DNA of 64,000 nucleotides from Candidatus Bathyarchaeota archaeon (lineage in GTDB: Archaea > Thermoproteota > Bathyarchaeia > 40CM-2-53-6 > RBG-13-38-9): assembly GCA_963807605.1 (NCBI GenBank), contig CAWECG010000004.1, forward strand, positions 544,001-608,000. The letters are read 5' to 3'. Position 1 is the stretch's first letter. Every line of letters starts with the position of its first letter. The notes below the pieces were generated by a model. It was not told the DNA's origin. It was given only the letters and a program-made list of their open reading frames with translations, and did not search any database. The position numbers and the translations under genes were made by a program. Positions 9,705 through 19,459 of this stretch are shown piece by piece.

Positions 9705-11030
9705 GTGACATCCTCCCATGGCTAAAGCCGCGGGCTTCCCGCTTCAACATCTTTGCTTACCATTCCCCTTAGGGATGGCAGAGGCTCAGACTCTACGGGC
9801 GTATTCACCCACCGTCCGTGGGCATAGTCGGGTTTGAAGCCTGACAGACCAATCTTTTTGATTAGTTTAGCTGAATTCTCGTCTCTTGGAATCGACTCAC
9901 CGCAATTCGGGCATATATGATCTCTCTCGCTCAGGTCTTTCGGCACCCATGATAGGCAGTTGTGGCAGAATTGTGTGGTACCCCATGGATCGATTGGTAT
10001 GAACCATTTACCGAGTAGGTTGGCTTTGAAATGGGTTTTCCGTATGAATGTTCCTGGTGAGGCGTCTTGAATGCTTTTGGCTAGGCAGTGGTTCTTTATC
10101 ATGTTAGCTACAGCTAGTCTTTCCAAGAATAGGATATCAGTGGTTTTGTACAGCGTTGCCAGTGTCTTGTTTTGGTGGTCGTCTCTCTGACATGCTACAT
10201 GATGGTGTTGCTTTGCCAGTCTCAAAGCCAGCTTTCTCTTATTTCTTGAGCCCTTCTTTGCTCTTGACATTACTCGCTGTAGTCTCTTGATTCTTTCCTC
10301 AGACTTTCTCAGAAATTTCGGTGGCCCCGTCGTGATTCCATCTGAGAGTGTTAGGAACTTAATCAGCCCTATGTCTCCTCCTTTGATCCGCTCATCTGGG
10401 ATCTTCTCGATGGGGGTCTTCTCTTGATTTGGAATTTTGCAGGCGAATACCACATACCACTGTCCAGCGTTGTATTTTACAGTCAAAGTTTTGACTTGGC
10501 CTTCCACCGGTCTATGCATGAAGATTCGGACATTCCCTATCCCCGAGAGGTACAGTTTACTGTTGCATAGTTTGAAGCCTGATTGTGGATAGGTGAGAGA
10601 GAGATACTTCTTTGGATGTTTATTTTTGGGAAATCTTGCTCTACCCTCAAAGTAGTTCTTGAATGATTCTCGCAAGCCTTGTAGCAACGCTCTGGACAAC
10701 CTGACTATGTATTCCCTGAAGATTCTCGTCTTCTCGTCTAAGCCCTAGCGCCTTCAGCCTCAAGTCGGTTCTGCTCAGGCTGACATGCTCCTGTTTCCAA
10801 GTACCAATCTTCAGATCCCTAAGTCTATTGTATAGCTCACACAATGTGGATAGGTGGCTTTTCATCAGCCTTCCCTGCCCCACCTTAGGGTAGATACGGT
10901 ACTTGTAGGCTAGAAGCATCTCAACCATCAACAAATACATGTTTTGAACAAAATTTAAACATCTGGCATCTCACTCTGGAACGCAATTCATCCCCCAGCT
11001 AAAGCTTGGGGGCTTTCTTGCTAGTTTTCT
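9705..11030 (-). mobile_element. IS200/IS605 TnpB-only element, family B copy 1
   Basis: Right end GAAG-hairpin-GGATGTCAC ending 9705; left end TTAC|AGAAAACTAGCAAGAAAG-hairpin; inserted in the 3' end of pyrG. Confidence 0.9.
9722..10919 (-). pseudogene. tnpB: TnpB family B, frameshifted
   Basis: One extra T near 10667 relative to the 42437-43633 copy splits the gene into ORFs 10647-10940 and 9722-10699; could be an assembly error. Confidence 0.85.
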
Positions 11031-12643
11031 GTAAGCGCTCTTTCGAGAGCGGCAGTGATGAACCCGTTGTATGGTGGGGCAGGCCGATTTGGCCTTGATT
11101 TGAATTCCCCATGGAACTGCGTTGCAAGATGAAAGCGTTGTCTTGGGATCTCGAGAATCTCCATGCGTGAGTCGTCCGTGCTTCTTCCAGAGAAGACAAG
11201 TCCTGCCTCCTCCAGCTTCCCTATGTATGTTTGGTTCGCCTCATACCGGTGACGATGCCTTTCATAGATGACATCCGTTCCGTATAATCGATGGGCCAGT
11301 GTTCCGGGCTTCAATGCGATACCGTTCGCACCCAACCTCATCGTGGCACCCTTCTCGTCTATCGACTTTTGTTCAGGCATCAGATCAACCACAGGGTGTT
11401 CAGTGTCAGCTCTTATTTCTGTAGAGTTGGCTCCGCCGAAGCCTATGTGCCGAGCAAACTCGACAATCGCCATCTGAAAGCCAAAGCAGATTCCTAGAAA
11501 AGGAATGTTCTTCTCGCGTGCATGGGAAATGGCCATTATCTTGCCCTCGGTACCTCTAGCCCCAAATCCACCGGGTATTAGGACTCCATGATGACTATCA
11601 AGTTCTTGGAGTCTAGACGGATTCTCCTCGAATGTCTCGGTCTCAACCCAGCTTATCTTGACATGGGCATCGTTGGCAGCACCAGCATGTCTGAGAGCCT
11701 CGTTTATGCTGACATATGAGTCGGCCAGTTCAGCATACTTTCCGCAGACCGCAATCTTTACTGTATATTTTGGATTGAGAAAGCGCGCAACCATTCTTCT
11801 CCAGTTTTGCCAGTCAGGCATCTTTGTTCGGGCGCCCATTCTCTCGACGAAATAGTCGCCCATTCCTTGGTCGTCAAGTACCAAGGGAAGCTCATAGATG
11901 CTTTTGGTGTCAGGTGAGGAGAAGACTGCCCTCTCTTCTATGTTACAGAATAGCGCGATCTTCCTTTTTGGATCGTCCTTTAGAGAACTTTCACTCCTGA
12001 CTACTACTGCGTCCGGCTGAATTCCGATTCTTCGAAGCTCTTGGACACTATGTTGGGTGGGTTTCGTTTTCTGCTCGCCTACAACGTCGAGTATCGGGAC
12101 GAGTGTGACGTGAGCATATACAACATTCAGCGGGCCTTCTTCCAACCTCATTTGGCGTGCAGCCTCAAGAAAGGGAAGGCTCTCGATGTCTCCTACTGTT
12201 CCGCCAATTTCAACGATTACACAGTCGACGCCACTTTTCCTGGCGATGGATCTTATCCGTTCCTTGATCTCGTCTGTGATGTGCGGTATTATTTGGATGC
12301 ATTTTCCAAGAAGCTCCCCCTTTCTCTCTTTGCCTATCACAGCGAGATAGATCTGACCTGTGGTTATGTTGTGTTCCTTGGGTATGTTCACATCTAAGAA
12401 TCGCTCGTAAGTGCCCAAGTCCATATCTGTCTCGCCACCATCCTCTGTGACAAAGACTTCGCCGTGAACAGTTGGGTTCATTGTTCCGGCGTCAACGTTG
12501 AGGTAGGGATCTATCTTCACTGCTGTAACACTCATCCCTCTTGACTGGAGAATCTTCCCTACAGAAGCTGCGGTGACACCTTTCCCAATCCCAGACATCA
12601 CTCCGCCAGTTATGAAGAGGTACTTCTTAACCACGCCCGACAC
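11021..12643 (-). CDS. pyrG: CTP synthase
   Basis: [32 protein letters not shown] motifs; last codons and stop lie in the IS left end. Confidence 0.97.
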   Translation of the reverse strand: MSGVVKKYLFITGGVMSGIGKGVTAASVGKILQSRGMSVTAVKIDPYLNVDAGTMNPTVHGEVFVTEDGGETDMDLGTYERFLDVNIPKEHNITTGQIYLAVIGKERKGELLGKCIQIIPHITDEIKERIRSIARKSGVDCVIVEIGGTVGDIESLPFLEAARQMRLEEGPLNVVYAHVTLVPILDVVGEQKTKPTQHSVQELRRIGIQPDAVVVRSESSLKDDPKRKIALFCNIEERAVFSSPDTKSIYELPLVLDDQGMGDYFVERMGARTKMPDWQNWRRMVARFLNPKYTVKIAVCGKYAELADSYVSINEALRHAGAANDAHVKISWVETETFEENPSRLQELDSHHGVLIPGGFGARGTEGKIMAISHAREKNIPFLGICFGFQMAIVEFARHIGFGGANSTEIRADTEHPVVDLMPEQKSIDEKGATMRLGANGIALKPGTLAHRLYGTDVIYERHRHRYEANQTYIGKLEEAGLVFSGRSTDDSRMEILEIPRQRFHLATQFHGEFKSRPNRPAPPYNGFITAALERALTEN

Positions 12644-12710
12644 CTTGACAATAGAAAAACGGCTTCAATTCACATAATACTCTGGTTAAACAAAGCCCCA
12701 GACTCTGCAA

Positions 12711-12974
12711 TCATTCACCAGAGTCGTCCTGCTTAGCTTGCACCTTGCTTCTTTCGGGGAGCTGCGAGTACTTTCCGTCGGAGGTTCTATAGACAGCCAG
12801 CCTTCCGACAGTCTCCCAGAGATTCTCTTTGAGACGCCGAACCTGTATGGTGAGGACTTCTGCAGAGGGATCGGACTTACCGGGCCACATTGCGAAACTC
12901 AGAAAGTCACCGTCCACCGTCCTTGTGGAGAAACGAAACTTTGGTTGTGGTCTTTCAGACAACAGTTCCACCAA
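12711..12974 (-). CDS. Hypothetical small protein
   Basis: Compact 87-aa ORF with protein-like beta-rich composition, co-oriented just upstream of pyrG. Confidence 0.6.
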   Translation of the reverse strand: MVELLSERPQPKFRFSTRTVDGDFLSFAMWPGKSDPSAEVLTIQVRRLKENLWETVGRLAVYRTSDGKYSQLPERSKVQAKQDDSGE

Positions 12975-13006
12975 TTACTTCATCACAAGTATGAGATCTC
13001 TTATAG

Positions 13007-14331
13007 GTGACATCCTCTCACGGCTAAAGTCGTGGGCTTCCCGCTTCAACATCTTTGCTTACCATTCCCCTTAGGGATGGCAGAGGCTCAGACTCTACGG
13101 GCGTATTCACCCACCGTCCGTGGGCATAGTCGGGTTTGAAGCCTGACAGACCAATCTTTTTGATTAGTTTAGCTGAATTCTCGTCTCTTGGAATCGACTC
13201 ACCGCAATTCGGACACATATGATCTCTCTCGCTCAGGTCTTTCGGCACCCATGATAGGCAGTTGTGGCAGAATTGTGTGGTACCCCATGGATCGATTGGT
13301 ATGAACCATTTGCCGAGTAGGTTGGCTTTGAATTGTGCCTTACGGAAGAACCTTCCGGGCGAAGCGTCTTGGAGGCTCTTGGCTAGGCAGTGGTTCTTTA
13401 CCATGTTGGCTACAGCTAGTCTTTCCAAGAATAGGATATCAGTGGTTTTGTACAGCGTTGCCAGTGTCTTGTTTTGGTAGTCGTCTCTCTGACATGCTAC
13501 ATGATGGTGTTGCCTTGCAAGTCTCAAAGCCAGCTTTCTCCTATTTCTTGAACCCTTCTTTGCTCTTGACATCGCTCGCTGTAGTCTCTTAATCTTTTCC
13601 TCAGACTTTCTCAGAAATTTCGGTGGCTCCATCGTGGTTCCATCTGAAAGCGTCAGAAACTTAATCAGCCCTATATCTCCCCCTTTGATCCGCTCACCTG
13701 GAATCTGCTCTATGGGGGTCTTCTCCTGATTTGGAATTTTGCAGGCGAATACCACATACCACTGTCCAGCATTGTACTTCACAGTCAAGGTCTTGACTTC
13801 ACCTTCCATCGGCCTATGCATGAAGATTCGGACATTCCCTATCCCCGAAAGGTACAGCTGATTGTTGTACAACTTGAAGCCTGATTGTGGATAGGTGAAG
13901 GAGAGATACTTCCTCGCATGTTTCTGCTTGGGGAATCTTGCTCTACCCTCAAAGTAGTTCTTGAACAATCTCGCAAGCCTTGTAGCAACACTCTGGACAA
14001 CCTGACTATGTATTCCCTGAAGATTCTCGTCTTCTCCTCTAAGCTCTAGCGCTTTCAGCCTCAAGTCGGTTCTGCTCAGGCTGACATGCTCCTGTTTCCA
14101 AGTACCAATCTTCAAATCCCTAAGTTTATTGTATAGCTCACACAATGCGGACAGGTGGCTTTTCATCAGCCTTCCCTGCCCCACCTTAGGGTAGATACGG
14201 TACTTGTAGGCTAGAAGCATTCTTAACCATCAACAAATACATGTTTTGAACAAAATTTAAACATCTGGCATCTCACTCTGGAACACAATTCATCCCACCA
14301 CTAAAGCCGTGGGTTTTCTTGCGCATTTTCC
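13007..14331 (-). mobile_element. IS200/IS605 TnpB-only element, family B copy 2
   Basis: Right end ...AGGATGTCAC at 13007; left end TTAG|GGAAAATGCGCAAGAAAA-hairpin. Confidence 0.9.
13024..14220 (-). CDS. tnpB: RNA-guided endonuclease TnpB, family B
   Basis: AYKYRIYP start, RuvC GGDIG / FLERL / RDENSA, CHNC...CPNCG zinc finger. Confidence 0.93.
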   Translation of the reverse strand: MLLAYKYRIYPKVGQGRLMKSHLSALCELYNKLRDLKIGTWKQEHVSLSRTDLRLKALELRGEDENLQGIHSQVVQSVATRLARLFKNYFEGRARFPKQKHARKYLSFTYPQSGFKLYNNQLYLSGIGNVRIFMHRPMEGEVKTLTVKYNAGQWYVVFACKIPNQEKTPIEQIPGERIKGGDIGLIKFLTLSDGTTMEPPKFLRKSEEKIKRLQRAMSRAKKGSRNRRKLALRLARQHHHVACQRDDYQNKTLATLYKTTDILFLERLAVANMVKNHCLAKSLQDASPGRFFRKAQFKANLLGKWFIPIDPWGTTQFCHNCLSWVPKDLSERDHMCPNCGESIPRDENSAKLIKKIGLSGFKPDYAHGRWVNTPVESEPLPSLRGMVSKDVEAGSPRL

Positions 14332-14372
14332 CTAAATTACCCTAACCTGAAGCTCAGGGGGTTCTATGCTGC

Positions 14373-14846
14373 TTAGGCTACGTATTCGCTGAGGGATTTC
14401 TGTTTGAATTGTAGGTAGATGTCGTGGTCCACGGCTTTCCAGTGTTTCCTCTGGCTGTGTTCAAGGTAGTACCTGATGGCTTCATTCGTGGTGGCGCCGA
14501 CTGAGCGGTAGAAGTAGCCTGCTGTCCAGAAGGCGTCACCCCAAAGCTTCGCCCTGACCCTGCTCCAGCATTTCTGGCGGATCCGCCTTGAACTGGCGCC
14601 TTTCAGGAAGCGTGCCAGCTCCGAGACGGCCAGATTCTTGCATGCACCCACGAATATGGGGGCATAGTCTGGACTAAACTCTATGGCGTGAACCGCAAAA
14701 CCATATCTAGCCGCTGTCTCGCGGAAGCTATCCTCGCAGGCCCTTTTCACCTCGCCATCGCGGAATATGTCGCGCCTGTACTTGGGTGTGAACTGCAGGT
14801 GGAAGTTAGCCTCGCCGAGGCTGTGTGCTGACCTGACCAACTCCAT
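14373..14846 (-). CDS. tnpA: IS200/IS605 Y1 transposase TnpA with mutated HUH motif
   Basis: HLQFTPKYRR, KGASSR, FWTAGYF and YYLEHSQ motifs; PDYAPIF replaces the expected PDHxH; GGAGGTG RBS before ATG 14846. Confidence 0.88.
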   Translation of the reverse strand: MELVRSAHSLGEANFHLQFTPKYRRDIFRDGEVKRACEDSFRETAARYGFAVHAIEFSPDYAPIFVGACKNLAVSELARFLKGASSRRIRQKCWSRVRAKLWGDAFWTAGYFYRSVGATTNEAIRYYLEHSQRKHWKAVDHDIYLQFKQKSLSEYVA

Positions 14847-14857
14847 ACCGTAACACC

Positions 14858-14873
14858 TCCTCGCCGGCGAGGA
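14858..14873 (-). promoter_or_regulatory. Perfect 16-bp palindrome overlapping the tnpA RBS
   Basis: TCCTCGCCGGCGAGGA overlaps GGAGGTG; RBS-sequestering leader structure is known for IS200. Confidence 0.55.
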
Positions 14874-15059
14874 CAAGCCCGAATACGCTCCGCTACCCGC
14901 TGAGAGCGAAGAAAGCCTCCCAGATAGAAGTATCATGGGAAGAATATCAACCGACTTTTTGCATTCAGAAAGCAGTGACCCATCAACCGAAGACTTGGCA
15001 GAACCCGTCTCAGCAAATCTTTTAGGGAATCCTTCTCAAAGGCTCTTGGGGTCATTCTT

Positions 15060-16073
15060 ATGCCATGCAACGTAGTGGTCGGAGGCTTCTTCGGGGATGA
15101 GGGGAAGGGAAAACTGATCGCCTATCTAGCTCTCAAGGACAAGCCGTCTATTGTTGCAAGGGGTGGAGCCGGACCAAACGCGGGACACACGGTTGAGTTT
15201 GAGGGAAAGACGTACTCTCTTCGGATGGTTCCCAGCGGTTTCACGAATAAAGATAGCAGACTTCTGATTGGACCGGGAGTTGCAGTGAACCTGACTGTTC
15301 TGTCAAAGGAGGTTGCACTGACTCAAACAGAATCCAGAATAGGTTTAGACTCCCAATGTGCCATAATCGAGGACAAACACATCAAAGCGGAAATTTGGTC
15401 TGACCACTTATCAAGAAAAGTTGGCTCTACAAAGAGTGGGGTTGGAGCATGTAATGCTGACAGAGCTCTGCGGACCGTGAAAGTAGCAAGAGATATTTCT
15501 GAGCTATCTAAGTACGTTGTTGATGTTCCTTATGAAGTGAATAGCTCATTAGACAATGGCGAGAACGTGTTAGTCGAGGGCACTCAAGGAACATTCCTCT
15601 CACTATATCACGGAACCTATCCATACTGCACCTCTAAGGACGTTTGCGCCTCAGCGATATGCTCTGACATAGGCTTGGGGCCGACGAGAGTATCTGATGT
15701 CACACTGGTCTTCAAGTCGTTTGTCACGAGAGTAGGCGAGGGCGAACTACAGGGTCAACTTAGTCGAGAAGAAGTTCTCAAGAGGGGCTGGTCTGAGTAC
15801 GGAACCGTCACTGGGAGGGAGCGCAGAGCTGCACCATTTGATTTCAACCTTGCCAAAAGAGCGGTCATGCTGAATGGAGCGACTCAGCTTGCAATCACAA
15901 AGATAGATTTGATCTCCCCAGAAGCATCTGGGCTGAAGAGATTCGAAGAACTGCCCGACGAAGCCAAGGACTTCGTCAAGAGAATTGAGAAGGAGACAAA
16001 GAGACCGGTTGTTCTGATCGGAACTGGCCCTTCAACATGGGATGTGATTGACAGAAGAGAAGATCATCACTAA
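15060..16073 (+). CDS. purA: Adenylosuccinate synthetase (short archaeal type)
   Basis: GDEGKGK, GPNAGHT, EGTQG, TVTGRERR, TKID. Confidence 0.96.
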   Translation: MPCNVVVGGFFGDEGKGKLIAYLALKDKPSIVARGGAGPNAGHTVEFEGKTYSLRMVPSGFTNKDSRLLIGPGVAVNLTVLSKEVALTQTESRIGLDSQCAIIEDKHIKAEIWSDHLSRKVGSTKSGVGACNADRALRTVKVARDISELSKYVVDVPYEVNSSLDNGENVLVEGTQGTFLSLYHGTYPYCTSKDVCASAICSDIGLGPTRVSDVTLVFKSFVTRVGEGELQGQLSREEVLKRGWSEYGTVTGRERRAAPFDFNLAKRAVMLNGATQLAITKIDLISPEASGLKRFEELPDEAKDFVKRIEKETKRPVVLIGTGPSTWDVIDRREDHH

Positions 16074-16146
16074 TCCAAGAGATCTGACCTTACCCTAAAT
16101 GCAATAGTACGAACCATAGAAACGGAAGTAATTGCAATTACATAGG

Positions 16147-16343
16147 GAAGAGAGCATTACTCGGCAACCAAGAGCGTCGCTCTTATGGCATCGATGGTGG
16201 CGCTCGGAAACGTCCTCGCTCTCATCTCAATGTATGTTGGCGATTTTCATCCGGAAATTGCTCTTGATTTCTCACACCTTGCTACTGCAATAGTTGCTAT
16301 CTATTCAGGGCTGGCAATGGGCGTGATCACTGGAGCGCGCTAA
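16147..16343 (+). pseudogene. Truncated membrane-protein fragment resembling an ECF transporter S component N-terminus
   Basis: Hand translation ...SVALMASMVALGNVLALISMYVGDFHPEIALDFSHLATAIVAIYSGLAMGVITGAR*; ends abruptly. Confidence 0.5.
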
Positions 16344-16462
16344 TCTTCAGATAAAATCTATTTTTATTTTTTACAGAAAGCGTGTACACCTACGTTTTAT
16401 TGAAGTCCTTCACCCGACTAGTCTTACCTCCCCAGATCGCGTCAGCCTTCACCGACGTTATC

Positions 16463-16510
16463 GTGACATCCTCCCACGGCTAAAGCCGTGGGTTTTCTTG
16501 CGCATTTTCT
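16463..16510 (-). mobile_element. 48-bp solo-hairpin remnant of a family B element
   Basis: GTGACATCCT + CCCACGGCTAAAGCCGTGGG + TTTTCTTGCGCATTTTCT|ATAA equals the outer right end and outer left end of copy 42420-43743 joined at the shared hairpin. Confidence 0.9.
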
Positions 16511-16568
16511 ATAAAAGCAATCTCAATATTTCACAGAAGTGCTCCCGGTTCTTAGCTCATCAAGCATC

Positions 16569-17914
16569 GTGAACTCACCCACTCCTAAAGGGTGTGGGCT
16601 TCTCCCCTTGCGGATAGAGAAGTTCCTGCTTCAGCGACGAAGCATGCCCACCAATAATGGTGGGTGGAGGCTTCATCTCCACAGGCGTGTATTCGGATGG
16701 TTCCCACCCTATTTTTTCCAGTCCTAAACGCCTTATATTGAGTGATGCATTGAAGTCCCTATCAATATTTAGCCCACAATGGGGGCACTTGTGTATCCTC
16801 ACTGCAAGAGTCTTAGGAACCTTAGCGCCACATCCACTGCAATCCTGGCTGGTGTTCTGGGATGGTACTTGGATTCGTAGTTTACAGGCGGTTTCAGCCT
16901 TGTACCCTACCATCATTCCAAATCTTCCCCATGAAGCATCAGCCATATTCTTGGCATTAGGGATCCCCTGCATCAAATCCTGAATATTCAGATCTTCCAT
17001 GCAGATTACATCGTGTTTGTCAACGTAGTATCTTGAGAGTTTGTGCAGGAAGTCATTCCTGCAATTTGTTATGTCCTCATGGATTGATGCAACCTTGACC
17101 TTCTGCTTCATCCTGTTTCTTGATCCCTTCTTCTTTCTTGATAGCTGCCTTTGCTCTCTTTGGAGTCTCTTCAGTTTTTTGTCGATGTTATGCGGGTGAG
17201 GGGTCACTCTTCCATTAGAATCGTAGGCATAGTTTATTATGCCAACATCTACCCCAACAGTTTTGCTTCTGTCCGCTGGCTCAGTATTTATCGGATGGTC
17301 GTATTCAATGGAGGTTATTGCATACCAATTGTTGTTTGCAGAATGTTTGATGGTAACCTGTTTGATCTCACCATCAATCTCTCTATGCAGCCGTATTGGG
17401 ATGTCTCCTATCTTGCTAAGGTGGAGTAATCCCATCTGTCGTATGTGCTTTGCACCATGCTTGATTGAGAATCCAGATTGGTTGTAGATGAAGGCCTTGA
17501 ACCATTCACGTCCCTTGAATCTTAGTCTCCCAACCTTCCTGCCTTTCTTCTTCATCTGTGAGAGTGCCCTGAGATTGGAGTACAGTTGGTAGAGGACGTA
17601 TTGCCGTGTCTTTGAGTGTAGCTTCTCAAGCTCAGGCTTGTATCTGCATAGGGCAGGGATCATCTCTTGTAGAAGTATCCTGTTTGGCACCTTTACACTG
17701 CACCTAACTATTCCCAAGAAGTAGTTGTAGAGCCACCGGCAAAGCTCAAGGATTGCAGACATCTCCTCCTCTTGTTCCCTTGTTGGGTAAAGCCTATAGC
17801 GCACTGAAGACTGCATTGTACTCACCATATTTTTTGTAAACTCCGCTTATAATGCTGATGCCAGTTCGCTTTCATCCCAACCCTAAAGGGTGTGGGATTT
17901 CCCGCTCACCTTTT
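16569..17914 (-). mobile_element. IS200/IS605 TnpB-only element, family C copy 1
   Basis: Left end TTAA|AAAAGGTGAGCGGGAAAT-hairpin; right end GAAG-hairpin-GAGTTCAC; inserted in the 3' end of cofC. Confidence 0.9.
16575..17828 (-). CDS. tnpB: RNA-guided endonuclease TnpB, family C
   Basis: YRLYPT, RuvC GVDVG / CMEDL / RDFNAS, CSGCG...CPHCG. Confidence 0.93.
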   Translation of the reverse strand: MVSTMQSSVRYRLYPTREQEEEMSAILELCRWLYNYFLGIVRCSVKVPNRILLQEMIPALCRYKPELEKLHSKTRQYVLYQLYSNLRALSQMKKKGRKVGRLRFKGREWFKAFIYNQSGFSIKHGAKHIRQMGLLHLSKIGDIPIRLHREIDGEIKQVTIKHSANNNWYAITSIEYDHPINTEPADRSKTVGVDVGIINYAYDSNGRVTPHPHNIDKKLKRLQREQRQLSRKKKGSRNRMKQKVKVASIHEDITNCRNDFLHKLSRYYVDKHDVICMEDLNIQDLMQGIPNAKNMADASWGRFGMMVGYKAETACKLRIQVPSQNTSQDCSGCGAKVPKTLAVRIHKCPHCGLNIDRDFNASLNIRRLGLEKIGWEPSEYTPVEMKPPPTIIGGHASSLKQELLYPQGEKPTPFRSG

Positions 17915-18474
17915 TTAAGGTCGTCGGGAGTATCGATATCAAATGAGAACCCGGGGGACCAGAAAACCTTGAACCTTCTGCCTCTCTCCATCGCCATTTT
18001 GAGATGCCTCGCAAAGCTGTTAGCACCGAAACTAACAGGCATCGTTCTGGGAGGACGGAGAAAGAGTGCGTTGGTTCCGCAATCCTTTGAAGGACATATC
18101 ACGACTGCTTCATCTTCAGTGTTCTCCAGCAGCTTTTCAAGCTCATAATATGACAGAAGAGGCAGGTCGGCAGCCATCAGCAAGACCGCATCGAAACCAC
18201 TTCTAACACACCTATCAACAGCTTGAGCAACGGCACCATTCAGTGACGTGGCCTTGTCTAACTCAAACAGGACATTGCATTCCTTGGAGACTGCCTTGAC
18301 CTCGTCATCTGAACCTATCACCAAGACTTCTCCGATCGACTTGGTCAAAATACTCAGAACGTGCCGTAGCATCTTCACAGTCAAATCTCTCCTCTCTCTC
18401 AGACTCAACGAGGCTGCAAGTCTAGCCTTTGAAGTGGACAAGCTCTTTACCGGAATAATGATACAAAGCCGCAC
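17872..18474 (-). CDS. cofC: 2-phospho-L-lactate guanylyltransferase (F420 biosynthesis)
   Basis: IIPVK...KARL, SLNGAV, ADLP, GTNAL, SFARH, DIDTPDDL; C-terminus supplied by the IS left end; start approximate. Confidence 0.9.
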   Translation of the reverse strand: MRLCIIIPVKSLSTSKARLAASLSLRERRDLTVKMLRHVLSILTKSIGEVLVIGSDDEVKAVSKECNVLFELDKATSLNGAVAQAVDRCVRSGFDAVLLMAADLPLLSYYELEKLLENTEDEAVVICPSKDCGTNALFLRPPRTMPVSFGANSFARHLKMAMERGRRFKVFWSPGFSFDIDTPDDLKKGEREIPHPLGLG

Positions 18475-18478
18475 CAAA

Positions 18479-19405
18479 TCACACCTCGAGTGTTCGCAGA
18501 GCCAACTCTGCAAGACCGATCTTGGACTGAAGCGATCCCATTAGGATGTCTGTAACAATCACCTGGATCCCTAAACCCTCAATCCTGTCCCGAAGCCTTG
18601 AATCTGCTTTGTCAATGATGAGAGTATCAATGAGACCTCGGTAAATCGATGCCAGGCCGAACACTGAAGGATCGATTCCTAACCCCCTCATCATTCTGTC
18701 AGCTGGGCCTCTGATTGGTTTACCGGCTATTAATGGGCTTATAGCAAGTCTTCTGGCTTGAGATTTCTCAATGGCATCCCTTAAGCCAGGGATAGAGAGT
18801 ATACAGCCGATACTGACGATCGGATTGCTGGGCGCAAAGATTATGCCGCGAGACTGCCGAAGTGCCTCCAAAACCTGAAGGTTCGGACGCGCAGACCCAG
18901 AACCTTCGAAGATCACATTCTTCACATTGACATCAAACTTTCTCTTGACGAAGTACTCTTGAAAATCGAGGAGCCCCGCATCAGAATCTATTTTTGTTCT
19001 CACCGAATCGTCCGTCACCGGCAAAATCTGCTGCTTTACCTTGAGACTCTCACATAGCTTCTCCATCACCTCGGAGAGGGTTAAACCCCTCCTTAGAAGT
19101 GAGGTGCGAAGCACGTGTGTAGCTAGATCCTTGTCGCCGATCCTGAACCACGTTTCAGAGCCATACCGCTGCAACATATTTAGGAAACTGAAAGTATCAC
19201 CTTTAAGCCCCCAACCCCTTTCTTCATCGACTAGACCTGCTAGAGTGTACATTATTGTGTCAAGGTCCGGTGAAATGTGAAGCCCTAAGAATTCTAGGTC
19301 ATCACCAGTATTACCCACAATAACGAGTCTCTCATCGCCCATGACTCGGCTTAGACCGTCAAGAAACTTTGCTCCTCCTACACCGCCAGCGAGAACGACT
19401 ATCAT
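18479..19405 (-). CDS. cofD: 2-phospho-L-lactate transferase
   Basis: LAGGVGGAKF, NTGDD, SPDLDT, GDKDLATH, FQEYFV, PSNPIVSI. Confidence 0.95.
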   Translation of the reverse strand: MIVVLAGGVGGAKFLDGLSRVMGDERLVIVGNTGDDLEFLGLHISPDLDTIMYTLAGLVDEERGWGLKGDTFSFLNMLQRYGSETWFRIGDKDLATHVLRTSLLRRGLTLSEVMEKLCESLKVKQQILPVTDDSVRTKIDSDAGLLDFQEYFVKRKFDVNVKNVIFEGSGSARPNLQVLEALRQSRGIIFAPSNPIVSIGCILSIPGLRDAIEKSQARRLAISPLIAGKPIRGPADRMMRGLGIDPSVFGLASIYRGLIDTLIIDKADSRLRDRIEGLGIQVIVTDILMGSLQSKIGLAELALRTLEV

Positions 19406-19459
19406 CGCGTGTTAGGCCAGCCCGAATCTTAGAAACCTTAGAGTGACTTTGCACCGTGA

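Larger units (their letters stand above)
14332..14945 (-). mobile_element. IS200-like element (TnpA only), abutting family B copy 2
   Basis: Degenerate right end GAAC-CCCCTGAGCTTCAGGTTAGGG-TAATTTAG; hairpin-rich leader preceded by TTGAT; left boundary approximate. Confidence 0.65.

Noticed and set aside
16569-17914. IStron or self-splicing element in cofC or pyrG
   Set aside because: Left ends are only ~90-110 nt with no room for a group I intron core, and no BHB was evident at the junctions
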